Below are positions 1-13,212 of a stretch of DNA of 64,000 nucleotides, piece after piece. Below the pieces are notes generated by a model, which saw nothing but the letters and a program-made list of their open reading frames with translations, was not told the origin of the DNA and did no database searches. Location: NCBI RefSeq assembly GCF_009914755.1, contig NC_060931.1; one strand, 5' to 3'. The first letter of the stretch is position 1; every line of letters starts with the position of its first letter. Source of the DNA: the human T2T-CHM13v2.0 reference genome, Homo sapiens. Position numbers and translations under genes: made by a program.

Positions 1-205
1 GGATAGATATGTAGTAGGCAATCCTGCCATTCGTCAAATACCTATGCTGTGACAGACACTGTGTTAAGTGCTATATATATGCTCCTTTGCTGAATCCTTG
101 ATATAAAATGGTATTGAATGGTGAAACTGGCTTAGACAGATTCAGTAATCTGACAGTAAGTATCTGAGCTGAATTCAAACCCAGTCTATGCTTCAAAGTC
201 TATGT
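1..205 (-). mobile_element. MIR SINE fragment
   Basis: Degenerate MIR core-like text (acactgtgttaagtgct...gaaactggcttag...ctgaattcaaacccagtct). Confidence 0.55.
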
Positions 206-1475
206 TTTTAAACCCAAAGAAAAACTGCCCCAAACCAGATACACATGTGCATGTATGCCTACACTTACATTTTTAACATTATTGAGGCTTTTAATAGAAA
301 AGGATGGTATGGTTATCTAGCTACCTTAACTTCCAAAGGGAATCTATTTAAATTGATGTTCAAATTGTAGTGCCATGGCAGGTCACACTGGTGGCTGCAG
401 TATACACAAAGTGTCACTTGCAGAGTATAAAGAGTAATGAGGGAAGTATGACCACCATTCAGGCAAGACTTTTCAGCAGAGCTTCACATAAGGAAAGTGC
501 AGGCAACAAACTTTATGGCTTAGGGAGAAAAATGGCATGTGGGCATGCATGTGTCAGGGCCACAATATTTTCATGGAATCCCCTTGTAAGTGTCCACACT
601 CTAGGAAAAAACAACGAACAAATTTAAATTTTTCCATAATCATGAAATGTTAAGAACTAGAAAGGATCTTAAAGATCATTTAATTAATTTATTTTGTACA
701 TGAAAACAAGGCCTGCAGAGATGACGGAAAGTGCTCAAGGATCCGGTTAACTTGTGGTAGAGTTGAGAATGGAACCTCACTGAGGTCCACATGTATTATG
801 AAAACAGATGATTAACTTGTTTTACGAAGATGATCATGAGAAGCCATGTGCCAACAGCACTATGTTTGAGTTTGCTGGAATTACACTTTGAAACCCAACC
901 AAATAGCATTGTCATGGGTGAATGTAACCAACATATTATTGGGTGGGGAAGGGATGTGCTCAAAGGAACTATTCAGCAAAGCCATAATCCAGTCACACTC
1001 ATGAGGGATGTTTAGCTGTGTTACGCAGGAAGTATTATGGAAGCTGCAATTCAGCTCACTGGGGGTTCTGTTTGCAGAGCCCACTCCAAGCAGGAAGTGC
1101 CTTTTCTAGCCAAAAGAGGTTTAACTCCCATCTTCCTGATAAATCCTCCCTCTGTGAAGAAGCAGCTTGATCCTGTACAGTGAAGTGTTTATTTGCTAAA
1201 TGGAACACAGGCAGAGAGCCTCACAATAACGTCTGTGCTCCAATGATGCACAGCCATATTGGGGGCTCACAGAGGTCAGACCCCAAGAAGCCTCGTTCAA
1301 GCCAGGCCCAGCAAGAAAAGAAGAGGATACCAATGAAACCAGGCCCTGACCCCACTGCTTGGTACTTCCCCAGTTCTTTAAGGAAGAGCTTCTGTGTTAA
1401 AAATAAGTATTTATACTGTATCATTTTCATCACAGACTGTGTGTTCAATCATTCCTGACAAACTTTTTGGTCCTC

Positions 1476-1587
1476 TTTTTTATTATTTTTATTTTATAAA
1501 AATTATATTTTATTTATAATTTATTAAAATTATTATTTTAATATTAATTAAATATTATTATTTAATACTTTTAAATTATTATTAAAA
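1476..1587. repeat. AT-rich low-complexity tract
   Basis: 112 bp with a single C (1568) and no G. Confidence 0.9.
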
Positions 1588-4500
1588 CTGCTCCCAGGTA
1601 CATTATCAATAAATGCAGACCCCTGGTTAGCTACAATGCACCCCACCTGCTTGTTAAGAGTAGAAATTCTCATGCACAAAAAAGCAAGTAAAAACAACTG
1701 AATGTACCCTTCATAAGAATTTTGCTTTTAAGACAGCTGAATTTTGTCAAGCTATATCACAATGTTTTACCACTATCTACATTGAGGGTATAATGCATTA
1801 AAGAATAAAATATTTACTCTTTGTTAATAGAGTTAAAAACATAGTTCATAAGTTTATCAGCTGTTCATTTCTGTCCCAGTCATAAACCATGCTTCAAAAA
1901 ATAGCATATGTACAAGAAAATGTAGTGGTTATAGTAAGATACTCGAATAATTTTGTTTTTGTTGTTCATTATTTCTATACATAAGGCAATCCATTTTATG
2001 CAAATTATGATGAAATTCTTTAGATATGTAAATTTAACTCAAATGGAGCTAGTGGGCTCCCCTCTCACCCTACACGGGATGATTTATGTTACTAACTTGG
2101 GCTTGAGTGTAACACCTGAACTACCCTCCTTCAATAGCCTTATTCACACTGAAAGAAAACCAAATGACTTAGTAGCCTCTTTCACTGATTTTAAGGCTAG
2201 TAATGATTCGAGTAGCCATGTTATTAAACTAGAATGAAGCACTACTCTCCTCACTAATGAGGTTAAAAAATGTCTTTAGGTCTCCACGTTAGGGGCACTT
2301 AGCAAGCACTCTGCTTGGCAGAGACCCACAGCGGATCGAAGCCATGGACTAATCACACAGGCCGGAATCAAATGGACTGGAAGAATTAGGAGACTTGTGG
2401 CTCGGAGGAATGTAATTCATGCAGAAAAGCGTTGTCAGAGCAAGGCCAGGGAACCTCATGGGAAGAAAGCAAAATAAACAGTTCAACAAAGAAAACAAAG
2501 AAGGGCCAATAGGCTTTTCTAAAGCTTGAGTACACTGAGACTTCAGTGGGTGCCTAGGACAAAGACCTCATCAAAGGACACCCTTGCAAAGCAAACAGAC
2601 CAAGGAAGGATGTTTCTCTCCAATACACTCGGGGGAAGGGGGTGGACTCTACTTTTCACTCCTTCCAATTCAACTTCCACAACTCCCAACTTCCAACTCA
2701 ACTCCCTCCTCCAACAAACACAGAAACCACCACCAATAATAACCTAAGTAACTAAAAAGTCCAGTCTGTCTGGGTTAAAAGATGGGGAAAGGTGGGGAGG
2801 TTAACACAAATTAAATATGGTGCAGTGCATCTCTGGATCGCACTTCAGATCACGAAAAGGCCTTTGGAAGTGTACCCACCTCCTGGGTCAGATCCCCACA
2901 GCCTGCTCCCCACATTCCAGAGGATGAAGAGAGACTCCAGAAGTGTTCAAGGATTTAAACTTTGAAAATTCTCTCTCACAAACAGTATACAACATCCACA
3001 ACCGTGCAGCTATTCAATTGCGAGAATGGAGCCTAGCATGGCTTTCTGAAGAAGGCTGCACCTCTGCTCACAGCTCCAGCCTCACTCTTCTATTTCCAGT
3101 GGACTCTTGACTTGGACTATTCTTCCCTCAATCCAATGACTACGTGTATCACTGCAGCCCTGAAATGACTTTGGTCATTAAAACAAGATTAAAATACTTG
3201 AGGCTGACCTTCTTTTCCCCCTCTTGACTACTTCCTTTAAGATGGAAGACCATGCTGTCTTTGGCTGACTAATCCCAAGGACAGGCTTAGAGTGCTACAA
3301 GGAACACAGACAGAAGTGAGTGCTGTACGGGTACATACGCATATACAGTAACATAGTGAAGATATATAAAAAAACATAAAATACTTACTTTAAATAAATC
3401 AATACAACATGGCAGGTAATAAAAGTATTAACATAATCCAACATAACTCTAATATTAATTTGTTATATCCCTGGCAAATAACATATGAAAAATCAGAGGC
3501 CCCTTCAGAGGTCTGATTGCTTACGTTATGGACTTACAATTCTAAATTTGTTCCTGAAAACTTTCCTTAGTGTGCATAGTATATGTTAACGACAATGGGT
3601 GCTAGGAATATGGGGATTTTGCTCTGTGGGGGAACCAGAGATTACTTTGAACAGAGGCAAGAAGCATTTTAGTAAACTGGAAATGTTTATTTCCATGCTG
3701 TCTTAAAAATGTAAAGCATATTCAAGCAACATGGTTTGGTGATTTGTTTTGCAAATGAGGCAATTCATTTAACTCTAGAGCTTCCCTCTCCCCACTCCCC
3801 ATCAGATGATAGAGATACTATTCACTTATGGTGAACTTGGCAATATTTGGATACTATTTGAATGTATTTAGAAGAATATTGGCAGTTTTCCTGTTTCATG
3901 TGTAACTTGTTCCCAGGTTTTGAAAGACATATTAACCTTGTCAGGCCTGAGGGAATCATTTACTGTGCCCAGTTAACCTAACTCCCTTAGGCTGGCTACC
4001 TAGGCCATACTAGACTTGGCCATGGTATGCACAGGGCTCCTTAGGAACAATTTACAGGTGCTTCCAGGCAATGAGGGACCCTGTATGGGGGAACCTTAAA
4101 AAAAAAGCCTTAAAGAGAATGTCTTCAAGGGCAACTGTACACACAATTCATTTTGGTATTAGTTCAGATTTTCAGTCTGGGGCCAGGCTTCCATTCCCTG
4201 TAAGAGTCCCAACTGAGAACTTTTTCTTTTAGTGAATCTGTAACCTCCCTGTATTGCATAAGAAAATTTTAAATATCTGTCACTTATAAACATGTGTGAT
4301 GCTGCACATGCCAAAATATTAGGTGATGGGATTTTTAAAAACCTATGGCTTTGGGTTAGACACTCACTTTTATCTTTATTGGAAATGCACTCACATGCTC
4401 TAAGGCAGTTCCTGCCACTCTGACCATTCTCCCTGCATTATTTTCTTCCTGCACACGTGTGTAGACACACACAAGAGAAAAGAGGCAGAGTATATTTCTA

Positions 4501-5959
4501 GCATCGCACTTGATGTTTTTCAACACAGAGTTATAAAAATTGAGGCAATGTCACCAAATTAGCTAAGTCAGCACAGGAGGTAAACACAGGCCAGTAAGCC
4601 GTTTAACTTGTTAATTTTTACTGAACTGCAACACAATCATGCCCATTTCTGCTCTGGTCTGCCTTTTGCAAAGTCCACATCAAAACTAAAAATGGCCAAG
4701 ATTGTATTTTTCAAATTTGTTTCAGTATAGCTCTCTGCCAAAACATCCCTAGTTTTCTCAGAGCTCCAAGGATGAGTTTCAAAATCCACCTCTCTCCTCC
4801 TATTTCCTTTTAGTGTGCTTAGCTTGCTTGGGTCACTGAAGATCCAAAATCTGGCTAATCTGTTACTTCATACTCAAAAAGTTAGCAAGCAGGTTCCTGG
4901 AAACATATCTGCTAACATTTATTTTCTGATGTGTGATTTTCCCCGGGGCAGGGATGGGGATGCAACAATAACAACAATGAGTGACAGGCAGCCCTGTGTC
5001 ATTGGCCTTTGTTCCCCCGAGGAAAGGTCTGAAATGAACTCAGCTTGCAGTGTGGCTATAGGAAATGGCATGTCTTTGTTTAGGTGAAAAAAGTGGGGCT
5101 CTGTTACCTAAGTGAGGGAGAGACGGCCACATAGGAAAGGCTGCAGGGAGCTTCAGTTTAGGCAGTATTCACCATATAAACCTAACCTCAAAGTGTCTTC
5201 CCATCAGGACAAATTCTGTTAAAGTTCAGTTTTCTCAAACACATACTTAAAAAAATAAATAAAATGACAACAGTAAATTTCTGTTTTCTTTGAAGCCAGG
5301 CTTAACATGAGTGGAAGCATTGTACTCAAAGAAAAAAGTCTGTTACAGCCCAGTACCTCCCAGGCCCCCGCAACAGGTTTGACAGCAGCCTCTATAGAGT
5401 CGGCGGCTTCCGGTTCAGTGAACGTGAATACCTCAGTCAATATCTGCTCCTGGACCGTGCTGCTGAGCGCAGCACAAAGAACACAGGAATTTTATCCAAG
5501 AAGCTGGGGCTCAGACTCTGAATATACACTATAATTAGGGCCTGCTTTCTCTGCAACTGAGGACCGAATTCAGTATTTCAGTCATTAGAAATACTGCAAA
5601 ACAGAAAGGAGTATACACCCTTTGAGTACAATTTATCTGTTTTGTGGTTGTTTCTTAACGCAAAGTAAAGTGTGTATCGGCGGATCTGGATTTATGTGCC
5701 CGCTCATCAGAATTTTAAAAGTTTAGGAATTGAAACTCAACCATCTTTTCCTAACTATGAGGAAACTATGTATGTAGGTGGCCTAAGATAGTTCTTGAAA
5801 ATTAGGCAGGACTTAAACTTTTTCAGTTAATCACGAGAAATGATAACCAAATAATAAGACATTTATTTTTTGATTTGACATGATATGCAGTGAAAAATGT
5901 GAACAATAGCAGTAGAAAAGCATAAAAGTAGAAAACATGACACATGGCATTGCTCATAA

Positions 5960-6330
5960 AAAAGAGAAAAATAAAGCAGAGAAAGAAGTACAGAGTGAAG
6001 ATGGAGAGGGGGTGTTATTTTAGACCAAGGTTGGCAAACTTTTATCTTTCAGGCATTCCAGGTCATATTCTCTGTCACAGTTACTCAACTCTGCCCTTGT
6101 ATTGCTAAAGCTGCCACAGATAATACTAAATAAGGAATGTCACTGTGTTCCAATAAAACTTTATTGACAAAAACAGGCCATGAACCGTATTTGGCCCATA
6201 GGCCACAGTTTGCCAATCCCTGTTTTAAGTAGTTGTTCACAGAAGACCTCTCTGAGAAGCAGAAACTGAGCAGGGAAATGTGTGAAGGGAGGGAGCAAGC
6301 CATAGGTATCTGAAGGAAGAAGGCTCTACG
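5960..6330 (-). mobile_element. L2 LINE fragment interrupted by MER58A
   Basis: L2-like purine-rich text on both sides of MER58A (aaataaagcagag...; agaagacctctctgagaag...gagcaagcca). Confidence 0.55.
6026..6222. mobile_element. MER58A hAT-Charlie DNA transposon
   Basis: Terminal inverted repeats caaggttggcaaact ... agtttgccaatccctg; internal tgtgttccaataaaactttatt...aaaacagg motif. Confidence 0.85.
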
Positions 6331-6799
6331 CAGATACACATTGTGTTCTAACATGGCTTCCCTTCTATTGGGTTTACCGCTATAATCACTAATTATTATC
6401 TACCCATGTTCTAACAGAGTCTTCTCAAATGTGATTAAGTATTGGTCAACACTCCACCCAGTTGATGAATCACAATTTACCAAACCACTCCAGTGGCTGA
6501 ATATGTAAACTGTTCTATTGTATAGTGTCATACATTCTACAGCAGCAAAGACTGATAAGCATCTCATTTTTGGGTTACTCAATAGGTACATTAGGTCAAA
6601 AGGCCTGAACGTGGCTTTTTATGGCTCTTCGCACACTGCTGTATTTCCACCTTGGGAATTTGCAGAAGACAATGACAGCCAGTAACACTGAAAACTTCCT
6701 ATCAGGTACTGTTAGAAATAGTTGTGCTCATCCAGGAAGTAGAAACTAGAGCAGCCAAGTCTGTGGTCTTCATTTTCACTAGCAAGGCATGGAAGTCCG

Positions 6800-7020
6800 G
6801 AGCAAGGGTGTGGAGTCTGATGCCTGGGTTAACTCAAGGGCACTACCTACTTGTAAGCTGAGTAACTTCTCTATGTCAAGGTTTCCATGTCTTTAAAATG
6901 AGACTAATAACTCCAGCATAGAGTTGTTATAAATATTAACACACATAAATATTATGACTACATAAAGTCTTTAATATTGTGCTTAGCCTATAGTAAGTAT
7001 TCAAAAATGTCAGCTATGGT
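6800..7020 (+). mobile_element. MIR SINE
   Basis: ggagtctgatgcctgggtt...aacttctctatgtc...taaaatgagactaataa...tagtaagtattcaaaaatgt resembles MIR consensus. Confidence 0.65.
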
Positions 7021-9639
7021 CATGATTATATACTTTTTCATCTGAATTATCTATTCATCTCTTTTTTGCCCTTATCTTTGATATTGCTATGGTCTTCTTA
7101 AATTGTTCATTTAAGATGGCTAATTTCATTCATTTTATTTCCATGTGTCGGCTCTGGAAAGCAGCAATACATTAAATAGCACTCAGTCATATAAGGGGAC
7201 CAGTAACTGCTTTAATATCAGGAAATTAGTTTGACAGTGGAGAGCATCTGATGTGGCAATAGCTACTATTAATAGAATCTATTCTATCAAAAGTAGTCAC
7301 TGAGCTTTTATTTTTTGAATCCTAGCTTGTTGGCACGAGGTGACACACTCAAACAGAAACAAAAGAAAAATGATGGTCATAGCAGTGACCCTATTATTTT
7401 TATCATCATTAAAAATAATATTTATTTAGGAGCTACCATATGTAGAGCATGGGCTCAGCCTAGCAAATGCAAAGAAATACACAGATCGTCTTCACCCTGA
7501 GAGATGTAATTATAATTTAGTTCATGTTTTCTTTTTCTTTTTTGGGGGGGCGGTGGGGAGTGTTTTAGGGTTTGCTACAGTATTTGCTAGACTTTGCAAT
7601 TTGATATGTCATTACACTTTACCAGTCTTAATAATGTTATGGTAAAGCACAAACACTGGGTGGAGGAGGCGGGGGGAAACTTTCCTTTGTTAATTTTAAG
7701 TTACACTATTAAAATATTCCAAACTAGTTTTGACCCCAAATATAATTATAAGGTTTTACTAAATCTCCATATTTTACCGGAAACTTCCCTAAGAATGCAA
7801 CGAATGAAATCACTATTACATGAACAGGCCCAATATAGTGTTTTCAGTAAGCAGCTAGACTGAAGAGGCTCCTTTGGAATAAGTATGTGAGCTCTCAGTA
7901 AAGATAATACCAGGACAAGCAACGTGCTAAATTTAGGGGAGGGGAACTCAGTAGTAGCCCTGGTCATCTACTTACTATTTCCTTCTCTAAGCTTTTACCA
8001 TAATGATATACCTTTTCTTAGAGCTTTTTCTCTCTGGGAAGAAATGTATTTATTCATATGCCAAACTTGCCTCTCATCTCCCTGCTCTCATCCCTAACAG
8101 GCAGCCATAATTACGGGGGCGAGGCCTTACCTATTTCCAGTGCACTCTGTCTCACAGCTGATATTAATGATCTTCATAATACTGAGTCCTCTCCCTGAGG
8201 TGAAGGGAGGTGGCCACTTTTAGTGGGAAGAACAGCTCTCCTTACTTAGGTGGAATGATTCCAGAGAGTGTCAGGCAGCCTTGGAAGGAGACACATTGAC
8301 TCAACAAAGAAAAAAAAAGGGCTGACGTACAGAACAGAACATGAGTGCTCATTTTCCCTAAGACAGAAAAGCTGGTTTTCGAAAGTGGATTAGTAAAGTG
8401 GATGGTGAAATGCAACAGCCTTTATGTGAGCTGGCTTGGGGTGCAGTACTGTTCACATCCACAGCACAAAGCAAGAGCAGCTCACAGCTCGACTGGCAAG
8501 AAGATTGGTGGGGCTTAATTATTGCAATGGATTAGTAACCAAGGACCCTGCTTTGGAAAATGAATTGCAGATCTCAGTATGAAACAGAAAGACAGTTCGA
8601 AATTCAATTAATACTGGTCCATAAATTAGAAAACCTTGGCTCAGAAAGATTGTACATAAGGGCTACATTTCTTTTTCCCAAGAAAAATCCAAAATGAATG
8701 AAATCAAATTGGAATTTAAAGCTACTTTATAATTTGGGTTTCTACAAATACACCATGCCTACTTTTAAAAAGGAAGCATGCTTAATTGAGTTCTAACACT
8801 AAAAAACAAAAAACACACACTCAAAATGCAAGAGAGAAAGTACTTTAATTATTACTGTGGAAAGTAGCCACTTGACAATGCAATTGTATTCTGGGGTAGT
8901 AGGCTGTAATATACCAATTGCCTACATTCCCAAGTGAAATTTTAAAAATTAGTACTTATTTTTAGCCTAGCAGGCATCATTTGTTCCCATAGAATACAGT
9001 AGTGTCTCCTCGAGTTAGGGAAGGAACAGCCCTGATGTCAACAATGCAAGGCAGGAAATACAGAGACCAAGAAGTAAAAATATACACATAAAATAAGAGT
9101 ATGTGTGTATAGATTCAGGTTCTTTCATTAATGCACAAAATAATCTCAGTAATAAAGTAGACTCACTCTGATATTTTTTCTAAAACATTATACTTCTTGC
9201 AATCTAGCTTAACAAGTCTCTCAAAGGATTTGAGAGAGAGGGAGAGAGAGCAACATTCCATTTGTTTATTGGGCCTAAGACCTGGTGAATTCAGTGGAGA
9301 ATAACTTTCCGAGGAAACGGGAAGATTCCTCATATCCAGTGTTTCTTAATTTTCAAATTACTTGAATTAAACAAATACAATGCAGGAATTGTACATTTTA
9401 TAACAACCTTTACGTGACAACTCAGAGAATAATACTACTTATATTCCAGGTCCTACTTAGAAGTTCTGAGTCTAAATTCACAATTTTGATTTAAGAAACA
9501 AAATGCCAATAAATTATAAATTATTTCTAGTGATGTATTTGAATCCATTCAAGTTTCTATACTCATTCTACACTGCCTAACCATAAACTGTGGATAACAC
9601 CGTAAGAATAAGCAGGGCAAGCTGAAGGCATTCCGTTTA

Positions 9640-9900
9640 GCAAACTGGGTTCTTTAACACAAACTGACGTATTTCCGTACATATTTATAAGGCTTAGTGG
9701 TTATTATTAGTCTGTAATTGCAGTTGTTCTAACACCTAATAAGCCATGGTTGGAAAAACAAAGGCAGGTTAATTTGTGATTTCCTCTACTCATTCAGAGG
9801 CAAATTAAGTGTCAAACAGCTAATACGAAACATATTTCATTTTATGAGATTTTAATTTAATTCTGCACCATATCGTTGATGCCTTAATATAGGGTGGTTT
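9640..9900. promoter_or_regulatory. Candidate developmental enhancer
   Basis: No recognisable repeat; dense homeodomain (TAATTG, TTAATT), SOX (AACAAAG 9757-9763), NKX (TTAAGTG 9805-9811) and posterior-HOX/CDX (TTTATGA) motifs. Confidence 0.45.
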
Positions 9901-10464
9901 ATCTAAAAAGAGGAGCAATTTATAAACCTCTTTCAATAGAATCTTTAATGATAGGATATGATAGCATAATTATAGAAGCGCCTGCCCTTCTTCTAAACAG
10001 AGATCTGTCGGCATTTCCATCAACACAAATCCTTGTTTTTAGGAGACTCGTAATTTAGTTTTTAAAGCTGGCACCAGAAGAACAATTGTGTGTACAAAAT
10101 AATGATAATATCTCCAAATTTTGTCTTCTTAGAATTAAAAATATTGCAAAAACTTAGTACTCTTCACTTGATCTCATTTTCTATAAGACAATTATATAGC
10201 AAACAGTTTGGAATTCAAGTTTTGGATGAAGTGATTTTACTTTCCCAGGTAACTGATTCATCCCTTAGCAAATACGTGCTTTTAAGATTTCTATAACCAA
10301 GCCACATTTGCCTCGATTAGCCTCCACTTTCAAGGTGATCACAGGTGTCTACTTATCATACCTCAGAAGGTGCAAGAGCAACCCAGGGTCTCATAACTGA
10401 GCAAGGGCAGAATAGAAACTCCCAGTATTTTTCATGCCCCCCACTGCCTGGAATGCCAACCTTC

Positions 10465-10660
10465 AGCATTTATTTAGAGCTCTGTGCTTTTCAGAGTGCT
10501 TACATGAACATTATTTCATTGAACTCTCCCTGTGATCTGAAGAGGTGGGTACAGCAGACAGCTTCATTTCCACGTTACGAAACCAACACATGCAAAGGTC
10601 AGTGGCCAGAGTGCACAGCACAAGTGAGTGGCAACACAAGAACAGGAATTCGAGCTCTCT
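10465..10660 (-). mobile_element. MIR SINE
   Basis: catttatttagagc...gtgcttacatgaacattatttcattgaactct...cacagcacaagtgagtggca. Confidence 0.55.
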
Positions 10661-13077
10661 GACTGCTCCTCCACTGTCTCTCAGACTGGGCCAATGTGAG
10701 TGTCCACTGAGCACCTTTTACAAAGTGCCTGACCAAGTGCTGGGCACTGCCCCTGAAACTAGAAGGGAGCAGTGACCGTTAACAATAAATCACCAAGCAA
10801 GAGGAAAAGCATCACAACAAAGCTACATGCGAGTCTCTGGGACGGCCCTTAAATTAGGCCTTGAGGATGAATATAAGCAGGAGTTCACCATGCAGAGAGG
10901 GAAGGCCACTGAGACCAATGCAGACAGAATGTCAGTCACAAAGACACAGGGGCGTGACATGCCCCAGCTTGCTGGGGCCCACTTCATAAGCATAGCGTCC
11001 ACCCAGGGCCCTGCCAGGATGCACTAAAACCAGGCAGTCCCAGGAGGCCACAAACCCATAAGCTCACCATTCTCTGTGCCCGCAGCAATGATATTCCCTC
11101 TCAGAATCTTCCAGGACTTGTCTTTTGAGGCTCAGGATTATCTATCAGCTTTACATCATCAATCTTTTTGATAATTATACATTTAGGCTGCTAGAGAACC
11201 ATTTAGTCAGATGCTAGTAAAGTATCCAAAGCCTGGCTAAAAAAGCAGGAAGAACTAAAATCCAAAGAAAACCCAGCTCAACAGTCACACCTGAAATGTG
11301 ACTCCCCCGACTCTGCCTACGAGGATGGTCCAGATGTGACGCATCTTGTCTCGTGATGTTATCACCACGGGCCAATGCAGGTCAGTAATGAGGGCCTAGA
11401 ACACACAGTGGGGGCTACAGGAGGGCTTGCTGTTATATTCCGCCATAGAACCAAGACTTGGGGTTTTTATTGATAAATTCATATTTGAATTTAATTACAA
11501 GGCAAACTATAATGAATGCAGAGGAAATAGTTCAGCCTATTATATAAACTCATTTTAAAAAATTGCTCTAGAACATCATTTCTGAAAGAATGAAGAACTC
11601 CAAAATTCCGGAGAAAATCTGACTTAAATTAAGTACATCACAAAGGCTCCAGTCTGGGAGGAATTAGCCATCCATGTCTCCGAGGTCTATCTGGCCCTTG
11701 CATGCTCTGAACCATGGGGCAGATCCTCATCTGAGACCCATGTGGTCACATCTGTATCATAAAACCTCTGTATAATGGGGTGAATTACATGTCATGTTTC
11801 AGGCTGAACTAGGAATTTCCTTCCCTTTGTATAGAGAATTTTAAATTGGCCTCCTGGTTTTATTAGAGGGTATTTTTAGCAGGCTTCAGAACCCTGTAAA
11901 TACTTACTTGTGTTCCAGTGAAAACTCAAAGGATCAGTCACAAGTTTCTGCATTCTCTCTCTATAAATACCCACTTCTCCTTTAATGCTTATAGAAGTCT
12001 GCAACACAGATTTATTACTTACCTCCAGGCAAATCTGCTCTGAAATTACAATTCAGTAATGGGAGATGGATCCAAAAAACTGTTGGTAAAATATTATATG
12101 TGTACTTGGGCATGTAGTTAGGATTGTTAATATCAATTAATTCTGTTCACAGAGGAGGACTTGTTTTAAAACAACTTCATTTTTCTTTGGCATAATATGT
12201 AATTACACAGCTGTAACTAATAGCCACGGAGATGCAATCTACCATCTGAATAACCAGCATTATTCTTCAAAGTATTATTTGTGCTTTTCTAACTTTACTG
12301 TCTCAGAATAAAGGGTGATTATTAGATATGAATAAATGTATATATCAAGGCCGTTAGCAAGGGACAGCCCATCCCAGAGAGTGGCTCCAATTATTATGGT
12401 ACATGACAGTTTCCTGGACAGTACTACAAAAAAATACTGTTTTACTTTGCAACTCCACCATCCTTTATTTCCTCCAAACCAAGGAAGATGGTATTTACTT
12501 CCAAGAGATTTCCTTTTTCCTTTTCTAATGTATGTTATCACTAGCATTCTTTCCTTTTATCTTTCTGTAAACCATGTGCTCGATCACATTTGCCATTTTG
12601 TTTGGCTGACATTCCCATCAATCAAGTGACTTCTGGTGTACTTACATAGGGGCTATGAAAATTTACCATAAAAATTTCATTACAATTCCTTGTGATCCCC
12701 AGAACAGGACTTTCATGTTACAGAAATTTGAACATAACAAACTTCAAACCTAATGTCGACCAAATACATATTCTGAGTGGTAACTTTCCATTAGGCTTTT
12801 ACTTTTTAATTTAGTATTTACAGCCCACAGAACACACGTCAGCAAAATATATAGGAAATACTTGTCGGCGACCTAGTGTGACAGGCATTCCTCAGGAAGC
12901 AGCAGGGATTTGCTTCAGTGAACCCACGAACAGATAGGCTTGCTATATTTCAAAAGTAAATCTTACACTTCTATCACATCTTCAAAGCCCAGTGGACATG
13001 CCATTAACAAAAAGTCCTGAGATGGTAAAAGCCAGCATCTCGTTCCATTTCATTAATGAAGAAAGTGTTAATACTTA

Positions 13078-13212
<135 letters not shown>

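Noticed and set aside
5448-5476. GTGCTGC-TGAGC-GCAGCAC hairpin with partial MARE/REST resemblance
   Set aside because: A 7-bp stem is common by chance and both motif matches are weak
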